Below are positions 57,182-64,000 of a stretch of DNA of 64,000 bases, one piece after another. Each line of letters starts with the position of its first letter. The stretch's first letter is position 1. Origin of the DNA: Candidatus Falkowbacteria bacterium (GTDB taxonomy: Bacteria > Patescibacteriota > Patescibacteriia > Patescibacteriales > UBA12465); contig JAAZJO010000010.1 in assembly GCA_012800315.1 (NCBI GenBank), positions 45,942-109,941 on the forward strand, read 5' to 3'. A program made the position numbers and the translations under genes. Below the pieces are notes generated by a model. It was given only the letters and a program-made list of their open reading frames with translations. It was not told the origin of the DNA and made no database searches.

Positions 57182-60100
57182 ATGAAATTTTCTATTAATC
57201 CAATAAAGAAGAATATTAGGAAAACAAGTAAAAAGACTTTAGTTTTTTCACTTGTCTTAGTAATGTTTTTTTCTTTGTTATTAATGCCATTAAAGACTGT
57301 CCAGGCGCAATTAGTGGTGGCGGAGCCAGTGGTAGAGGCACAAACTGGCATTAAAATAGCCATGGATAAAGCGGAGTCAGCTTATAATAAAGCCAAGGCA
57401 ACTTTAAGTAAATTACTTTTAAAAGCGGGAGCCACCTCTTTTCAGCAAGTTGTAAGAGCAGCTTTAAATAAAATAGCTTATGATACGGCAACCTATTTAG
57501 GTTCTGGAGACAGGGGGCAAAAACCTTTATTTATCACTGAGGATTTAGGTTCTTATTTAGCTAATGTTGGTGATGCAGCCGCTGGTCAATTTATTGAATC
57601 TTTTGTTACTAGATTAAGTGTAGGGATTAGTGCTGAGTGCCAAAAGACATATCAGGCTTGCGAGGAAAATTGTCAAAATTATTATGAAATTGGTTCAAAT
57701 GAGGGAATAACTTGTATTAAGGAGTGCAGAGAGAAAGCCTATTTATGTGGTCGGGGTGAGGTAGGTGTTGGCACGAGTAGTAAAAGCGGTTTGAGTGGTG
57801 CGGGAGCTGCTTCAGCAACCCATCTAGGCGCTTTAAATATATGCCAACCATCTTCTTTAGAAGCGAAAGTTAAGATTGGTTTAGGTTTAGTTGAGTATCA
57901 AAGCCCAATGATGAATGCTAATTGTACCGCTTCTAAAATGATTAGTAATTGGGATGATGCCGCAACTAAAATGGCTGATTGGAAAGATCCAAATTTCCTA
58001 GACAACATTAAAGGTATATTTAATCCCACTTCTCACGATTTAGGAATATACATGACTGCTAGAAGTGATTTAGCTTCAGCTAAAGCAGGCGCTAGTACTT
58101 TATCTTTAAATGATTTTTTAGTTAATAAAGGTTGGTTAAGTAAAAGAAATGCGGCTGGTGAAATGGTTGGTACTCCTGGTGATGCTGAAAGAAAAGCACA
58201 AACAACTGAGGCAGCCGCTAAAGAGTCTTTACTACGTACTACCGGCGATATTGTGGTTGACGCGGCCAATGTTTTTGTTAATCAATTAGCGATTACCAAG
58301 TTTAATGATTTAATGTCTAATTTAGGCAAGAAGGTCACTGATGATTCTAGCGGTAGCAGCCGACGACTTTCAGGAGATTTAACTAATCCTGAATCTGATT
58401 CAACTACTTCTTATAGCGCGACTGGATTAAAAGAGTCTTTGTATTCAATTATTGAGCCAGATTTTGGGGTTAAAGCAGATTATGATATTTTAGCTAGTTT
58501 AACAGTTTGTTTTGATAAAAAAAATCCCGGTCCAACCGAGTGTGTTATTGATAGTAAGTTTAGTCAAGCTATTAGTGAAAATAAAACAGTGATTGAAGCA
58601 GTTAGAGAGGGTTATATAAACAGTGATTGGCAGTTAACAGAAAAAACGATAGAAGGCGCTTATTCTTTACGCAATGTTTCTATTTTGAGAAAATATCGCA
58701 TTTTACCAATTGGTTGGGAGGAAGCGATTAAACGAGCTTATGCTGACTCAGCTAAGGTTAAGAGAATTACGGTGATGGATATGATTTCTTGTTTTGATGA
58801 GTCTGATGAATATCAAAAGTTTAGTTCTAACTTTAATGTGGCTGATCAAGAGTGGTGTCGTGGCTTAGTTGATCCTAACTGGGTTTTGAAAGCACCACTT
58901 AATTATTGTAGCAAGCAAGGATCGGGAGCACATATTATTAGCAAAATAGTGTCTCCTTCTTATGGCGTTAAAGGTGCGGCTGATTATGTAGCTAGTGTTT
59001 TTAGTGTTAGTCGTGATGAGGAATATTGTGCTGATGAAAAAACTTGTATTAAGGAAAAGGCTGATGGTAGTTGTGAAGCCTATGGATATTGTAATGAGGA
59101 AAAGAGAACTTGGAATTTTTCAGCTGATAGTTGTGATCCGATTTATAATACTTGTCAAAATTTCACTAATGCGGCCACCGGTCAAAATGTTTCTTATTTA
59201 AAAAATACTTTAGATTACGCTAATTGTGATACAAATAGCGTTGGTTGTCGTCAATATTCTCTTAGTGGTTCTTACGATGTAGCTACTGGTGTTGTTTCTT
59301 GGGGCAAGAATAAAACAATTTATTTTAATAATAATTTAGAAATTTGTGATAAAAATAGTGAAGGTTGCACAGAGTTGATTAGAGTTAAGCCGACTTGGGG
59401 AGTTAATTTAATAATGAATTCAAACTTTAAAGATGACACCATCAACAGGCCACCAAAAAATTGGTACTTTGATTTTAATTCTTCCTTAAATACTTTTCAG
59501 GTTGTTAATTTAGCCGAAGAGCCAATTGGTGGAGTTGGTCGGGCCTTAAAAATCTCTGGTGAAAGAAAAGGCAGTTCTCCTGAACATATTTCAGTTAAAG
59601 TTGTTTCCAATGCCCAAAAATCTCTTTTGCCTGATAATTTTCAATTAATTCCTAACCAGGCCTACACTCTCAGTGTTGATGTTTATATTCCTGAGGGAAC
59701 AGCGGGAACAGCTAGAATTTATTTGGGCGAATTATCAGATGGTTTTGTGGCCTCAACCTCTAAGACTGGAGCTTGGCAGCACCTATCAGTGACCCGAACG
59801 GCTGCCGCTAATTATACTGAGCCGGTCTTCTATATTGAGAATCAAAATTTCGGCACTAAGAATGTAATGTATCTTAGAAATCCTAAATTTGAAGTTAGTA
59901 ATTACGAAACTAACTTTAATGCTTATGGCAGTGCTTATAAAGTTTATGAAAAATTAATTCCGCCATATTTAGAAAGTGTTTGTTATAATAATATTTCTAG
60001 TGCCACTAAAGACTATACCTTAAAAACTAACGCTCCGGCTGTTTGTTATGATTTCGCTCGTCGCTGTAATCGTGATGAAGTTGGTTGCGAGAAGTTTGTG

Positions 60101-63100
60101 GGGGTAAAAAATGGCATCACTGTTTCTGCCCAAGTAACCGCCTCTGATTATTGCTGGGGAGATTGCTTAGATTATGATGTTTATGTTTCTAAAGGAAGTT
60201 ATTTTAATTCTCCAGAAGCAGAAAATATTATTCCTACTAAAGCCACTGCTTGTCGGGCTGAAGTGGTTGGTTGTAATGAATTTACTAACCTTGATGCTTT
60301 AAATGTTGGTGGAGAGAATAAAGAATATTATTCTGCCATGAAGCGATGCGTTAAACCGTCGCAGGGGACTTGTGGTACTTTTTATAGTTGGGAGGGCACA
60401 AAGAATGGTTATCAGTTAAGATCTTATGTTTTAGAAAGAGAAATAAATAAGAATCAACCAAAGTTAACTTTTGGAGAAGTAAATGATTCGGCTACTTGTG
60501 ATCAAAATATTTATCATAAGAAAGTTGGCGAAGTAGGCTATAACCCAGATTGTTTAGAGTTTATTAATTCGGCTGGCGATGTTTTTTATGCTTTGCTTTC
60601 AGCGACAATAACTTGTTCCGAGGATTGTCATACCTATCGGATGACTGAAAAAAATATTGATAGAAGCATTACTTCAAGAGATGCTTGTGTTGAATCGGGT
60701 GAAAATGGCAGCACTTATTGGGACGCTGTGGCTGGTGCCTGCTATTCCTGTTTAAATGGTGGTCAATGGGATAATGCAACTAAATCTTGTTTGTATCAAG
60801 CTATTCCTGGAGAGGGCAAGATCTGTACGGCTGCCGAAAGTGGTTGTCGTGAATATAATGGTAATAGTGGTAATAATGTGAAACTGCTTACTTCGTTTGA
60901 TTTTGAAAACGGAAGCCAGGGTTGGCTATCAGCTAACGGCACTCTTAACACTGTAGCCGTGGCTAATGAAAAGGACGGTCATTCAATTTATTATGAAAAT
61001 AGTAAAAATTATTTTGTTAGGACTAAGGTTAGTCAGTTAGTTAAAGAAGGGAAGTCTTATGCGATTCGCTTTATTGCTAAGGCTGATGAGACCACTAATT
61101 TAAATATTTTCTTTACCGATAATGCGGATAATAATCCACAGAGAGCTAGTTTTTCTGCCGGCAAAATAACTCTAAAAGGTGGTGGCGAGTGGCACATCTA
61201 CCAAGCTAATTTAGCTAATTTAGACCATGCTATTTCTGAAAATGAAACCTTGACAATCATGGCTGATAATAATTTTTATTTTGATGACTTTGCTTTAACA
61301 GAAATAACTAATCGTCATTATTTAGTAAAGAATTCTAGCGTTGTACCGGATATTTGTTTTTATGATATTAATAGTGTTTATCGGGGAGCGGAATATAATT
61401 TAGGTTGTACTCAATATAAAGATCGTGATAATTTAACTCATAATTTGCGCAAGTTTTCTAAGCTTTGCTCAAGTTCAGCTGTGGGTTGTGAACAAATGAT
61501 CGCGACTCAAAATTATTCTTCATACGCTAGTGGAATTTGGGGTGATACTAATAATAATGGAGTTTGTGATGTAAATGAAAAAGACTGTGTTCAAGTCGGT
61601 GGCGATGAAATTATTTATACAATTTTTGATTCTAGCAAACAATGTAATTCAGCTGATTTAGGTTGTAGTCGTTTAGGACAGGGAATAGCCGCTGGCTCTG
61701 ATTGGTCAGATGTCTTTAGAAAAAATAATCCAAATCTATACGCTAGCGCTTTGTGTGGTCCAGCTCAAGTTGGTTGTGAGAAATGGATAGCTACCGATGG
61801 CTCGGAAAGTTATTTTAAGAATCCAGGAAATGAGGTTTGTCAATATCGTAGTAGTCATGATTTAAATAATCCAGTAAAAGCTTGGTATAAAATTCCAGTT
61901 AAGCGTTGTGATTCTAATGGAAATGGTGTTATAGACACTGAAACAGAAAAGGCGGGAGCAGTTTGCTCAACCGATAGTATGTGTTCAGCTGGTTCTTGTA
62001 TTATTGATAATAATGATTATCCTTGTGATTATTCATATTTTAAAACTTTTGGTATCGGTGGTGCGGGCAATCAAGTTCCAGTACCAAGCAAGCAAGTTGC
62101 TTTGTGTCAAGCAACTGCTTCTGGCTGTACAGAATATATTGACCCAGTAAGTAGTTTTTCACCAGAACTTTTAGATAATCCGAATGATAATATTCAGCAA
62201 GTTGCCTTAAGCCCAAATAAATTATATATCCTCTCTGTTGACAAGGGGGATAAGGATAATCAAAGTGATACGATTCTGAAATTTGAGGCTATTATTAAAC
62301 CTTTATTAGCAGATAATAATTTAGGGATTTCTACGACGACTATTACAATAGATAAAAATACTAGTGACCGGATTATGTTTGCTTCTTTAGCTAATTCCTC
62401 AGTTACTATTTCTGGCGGCGAGGTAGGGAAAAAGATTGAGTTAAAAGAGGCAATTATTAATTATCAACTCAAAAATAGTATAGATGTAACTAGTTGCAAC
62501 GGAGTGGTTAATCCAGGGGTTGGCTGTATTCTTTTTAATGAAAGAACGGTAGCTGGCGCAACCGGTTTAGCAGCGAATAAGTTTGATGCTGTTAATAGTG
62601 TTAGTGGACAAGCGCCACAGCTTTGTGATTCAGATTCAGATAATTGCACCGCTAATCAGCTAGTTAAAGTAAAATTAGACAGAGTTTGCTCTAAGTGGCT
62701 TGATTGTGTAGCTTATTTTAATGATCCTAATACCAATGAACGAGTCTGTTTAGCTTTAGGACAATGTACTCGGCTTGATGATAAGAATGAATGTGCTAAT
62801 TTTGAGGATGTTCCAAGTGGCAATACCTCTTTTGCTTCAGCGAGAAATAAAGATAAGACTGGTTATTATCTACTTAATAATTATCATTTAAGCGAGATGA
62901 AAGAAGTTGGTCTTAAAGTGCCTGGTGCTAATTATGATTTTGAAAATGGAGTGGCTCCCCTATGTTCTCAAACAACTGGCGAAGCTTGTTCTTTGGAAAC
63001 TTTGAATAGTTTAATTATTAGCGAGCCAGAAAAAGCGCCAACTGATTATCCTGCTCAGGGCACTGGCTATCTAAGAGTGCCCCCTTCTACAATTATTTCA

Positions 63101-64000
63101 CTGGGAGGAGAAAAAAGTTTAACTGTCCAGGGAGGCCAAACTTATTTCCTTAACTTCTTACTTAATACCCGGGGATCTATTGGTGCTCAGGTTGAAATTA
63201 CTTCTGATAATAAAAAGGTTAATGTTAAAAAAGATTTCGTTTCTAATAATGGCTGGACTCGTCAAATCATGCCTTTTAATGTTCCGGGTGAAGCAACGAA
63301 AATAAAAATAGATTTACAGGTAAAAAACATTTCAGGGGCAGAAGCTTCTAGATCTACGGCAGTTTATTTTGATGATATAAATATTGAACCGGTTTTAGAA
63401 GTTGGGAGCAAGGATGGCTATAAGCAATATGTTGCTCGCGAATGTCGTTTATATCCAAATAATGAAAGTTTAACTTGTGTTAATAAGAATGAAAATGTTT
63501 TATCTGATGGTTGGGAGGGTTATTGTCTAGAACATGATCCTGATAATCCATCGGTTTGTTTACTTTGGTATCCGGTTGATAAAATAAATGCGGCGGAATT
63601 ATCAAAAAATAATAGTGGTTATCAAGGAACCTTCCCGCTTAATTATTGCACTGAAGTTAATGGTAATTTTGAATTAGTGAAATATCTTAAAGCGGCTCAA
63701 GTTTCTTTTACTTCCGGTACAGCCTCAGGTTATGCTAGCAATATTAAAGGAGGGGACCATTTTTGTACAACGGATAATGATGGCTGTAATGGCGATGGCG
63801 ATCCTAATTATAAGACGATTATTGCTTATGGACGATATTCTAATGATCATTCGTATGTGAAAAAGCTTTGTGTTCCTAAGGAAGAAAAATTAATTCTAAA
63901 AACTAACTCAGCCGTTGTGTCTGATTTAGGTAAATGTACTGAGGATGGAGTTCTTTATTATGAGGGTTGGGCTATGATTGGTGATGGTTTAAAAACTAAA
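57182..64000 (+). CDS. Giant secreted Cys-rich protein with CBM-like domains (>2270 aa, 3' end beyond the window)
   Basis: Manual translation from ATG 57182 (MKFSINPIKKNIRKTSKKTLVFSLVLVMFFSLLLMPLKTVQA signal peptide) found no stop up to 64000; missing from the ORF track, consistent with no stop in the window. Confidence 0.9.
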   Translation, partial: MKFSINPIKKNIRKTSKKTLVFSLVLVMFFSLLLMPLKTVQAQLVVAEPVVEAQTGIKIAMDKAESAYNKAKATLSKLLLKAGATSFQQVVRAALNKIAYDTATYLGSGDRGQKPLFITEDLGSYLANVGDAAAGQFIESFVTRLSVGISAECQKTYQACEENCQNYYEIGSNEGITCIKECREKAYLCGRGEVGVGTSSKSGLSGAGAASATHLGALNICQPSSLEAKVKIGLGLVEYQSPMMNANCTASKMISNWDDAATKMADWKDPNFLDNIKGIFNPTSHDLGIYMTARSDLASAKAGASTLSLNDFLVNKGWLSKRNAAGEMVGTPGDAERKAQTTEAAAKESLLRTTGDIVVDAANVFVNQLAITKFNDLMSNLGKKVTDDSSGSSRRLSGDLTNPESDSTTSYSATGLKESLYSIIEPDFGVKADYDILASLTVCFDKKNPGPTECVIDSKFSQAISENKTVIEAVREGYINSDWQLTEKTIEGAYSLRNVSILRKYRILPIGWEEAIKRAYADSAKVKRITVMDMISCFDESDEYQKFSSNFNVADQEWCRGLVDPNWVLKAPLNYCSKQGSGAHIISKIVSPSYGVKGAADYVASVFSVSRDEEYCADEKTCIKEKADGSCEAYGYCNEEKRTWNFSADSCDPIYNTCQNFTNAATGQNVSYLKNTLDYANCDTNSVGCRQYSLSGSYDVATGVVSWGKNKTIYFNNNLEICDKNSEGCTELIRVKPTWGVNLIMNSNFKDDTINRPPKNWYFDFNSSLNTFQVVNLAEEPIGGVGRALKISGERKGSSPEHISVKVVSNAQKSLLPDNFQLIPNQAYTLSVDVYIPEGTAGTARIYLGELSDGFVASTSKTGAWQHLSVTRTAAANYTEPVFYIENQNFGTKNVMYLRNPKFEVSNYETNFNAYGSAYKVYEKLIPPYLESVCYNNISSATKDYTLKTNAPAVCYDFARRCNRDEVGCEKFVGVKNGITVSAQVTASDYCWGDCLDYDVYVSKGSYFNSPEAENIIPTKATACRAEVVGCNEFTNLDALNVGGENKEYYSAMKRCVKPSQGTCGTFYSWEGTKNGYQLRSYVLEREINKNQPKLTFGEVNDSATCDQNIYHKKVGEVGYNPDCLEFINSAGDVFYALLSATITCSEDCHTYRMTEKNIDRSITSRDACVESGENGSTYWDAVAGACYSCLNGGQWDNATKSCLYQAIPGEGKICTAAESGCREYNGNSGNNVKLLTSFDFENGSQGWLSANGTLNTVAVANEKDGHSIYYENSKNYFVRTKVSQLVKEGKSYAIRFIAKADETTNLNIFFTDNADNNPQRASFSAGKITLKGGGEWHIYQANLANLDHAISENETLTIMADNNFYFDDFALTEITNRHYLVKNSSVVPDICFYDINSVYRGAEYNLGCTQYKDRDNLTHNLRKFSKLCSSSAVGCEQMIATQNYSSYASGIWGDTNNNGVCDVNEKDCVQVGGDEIIYTIFDSSKQCNSADLGCSRLGQGIAAGSDWSDVFRKNNPNLYASALCGPAQVGCEKWIATDGSESYFKNPGNEVCQYRSSHDLNNPVKAWYKIPVKRCDSNGNGVIDTETEKAGAVCSTDSMCSAGSCIIDNNDYPCDYSYFKTFGIGGAGNQVPVPSKQVALCQATASGCTEYIDPVSSFSPELLDNPNDNIQQVALSPNKLYILSVDKGDKDNQSDTILKFEAIIKPLLADNNLGISTTTITIDKNTSDRIMFASLANSSVTISGGEVGKKIELKEAIINYQLKNSIDVTSCNGVVNPGVGCILFNERTVAGATGLAANKFDAVNSVSGQAPQLCDSDSDNCTANQLVKVKLDRVCSKWLDCVAYFNDPNTNERVCLALGQCTRLDDKNECANFEDVPSGNTSFASARNKDKTGYYLLNNYHLSEMKEVGLKVPGANYDFENGVAPLCSQTTGEACSLETLNSLIISEPEKAPTDYPAQGTGYLRVPPSTIISLGGEKSLTVQGGQTYFLNFLLNTRGSIGAQVEITSDNKKVNVKKDFVSNNGWTRQIMPFNVPGEATKIKIDLQVKNISGAEASRSTAVYFDDINIEPVLEVGSKDGYKQYVARECRLYPNNESLTCVNKNENVLSDGWEGYCLEHDPDNPSVCLLWYPVDKINAAELSKNNSGYQGTFPLNYCTEVNGNFELVKYLKAAQVSFTSGTASGYASNIKGGDHFCTTDNDGCNGDGDPNYKTIIAYGRYSNDHSYVKKLCVPKEEKLILKTNSAVVSDLGKCTEDGVLYYEGWAMIGDGLKTK

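Noticed and set aside
57172-62649. Short ORFs 57172..57363, 58033..58269, 58995..59201 and 62464..62649
   Set aside because: Shadows of the giant plus-strand ORF starting at 57182
1-64000. Recoded genetic code (UGA=Gly, code 25)
   Set aside because: Core genes are full length in code 11 and TGA ends the GH57 gene and porB at ATGA overlaps

Overview
AT-rich bacterial chromosomal segment in standard code 11 (TGA is used as a stop). Gene content points to a Patescibacteria/CPR organism, possibly Falkowbacteria-like (inference from CPR-type pilins, a giant Cys-rich secreted protein and scarce Shine-Dalgarno motifs). Most of it is housekeeping: khpA-like, rpsP, pnp, rpsO, rpsT, five tRNAs, holA, murI, murD, polA, yebC, ruvC, ftsK, murE, rpoBC, murJ, lepA, recJ, rnhA, xth, leuS and rsmA. 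It also carries a glycogen synthase-GH57-kinase-pyruvyltransferase run, an ADP-forming acetate-CoA ligase and a four-subunit pyruvate:ferredoxin oxidoreductase. The most striking items are: (1) a POR operon led by a DsbA gene and interleaved with two tightly coupled Cys-rich pilin genes, one fused to an M15 peptidoglycan peptidase; (2) a giant secreted Cys-repeat/CBM-like protein of more than 2270 aa, starting at 57182 and absent from the ORF track; (3) a GT2 + TMTC-like GT-C/TPR glycosylation pair; (4) a LysM-M23 gene whose frame extends about 116 codons upstream with no ATG/GTG/TTG; (5) several structured RNA candidates (ftsK-murE spacer and the rpsO, pnp and rpoB leaders); (6) an atypical initiator tRNA. 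No mobile element, CRISPR array or rRNA was seen. All calls come from reading the sequence by eye; no searches were run.
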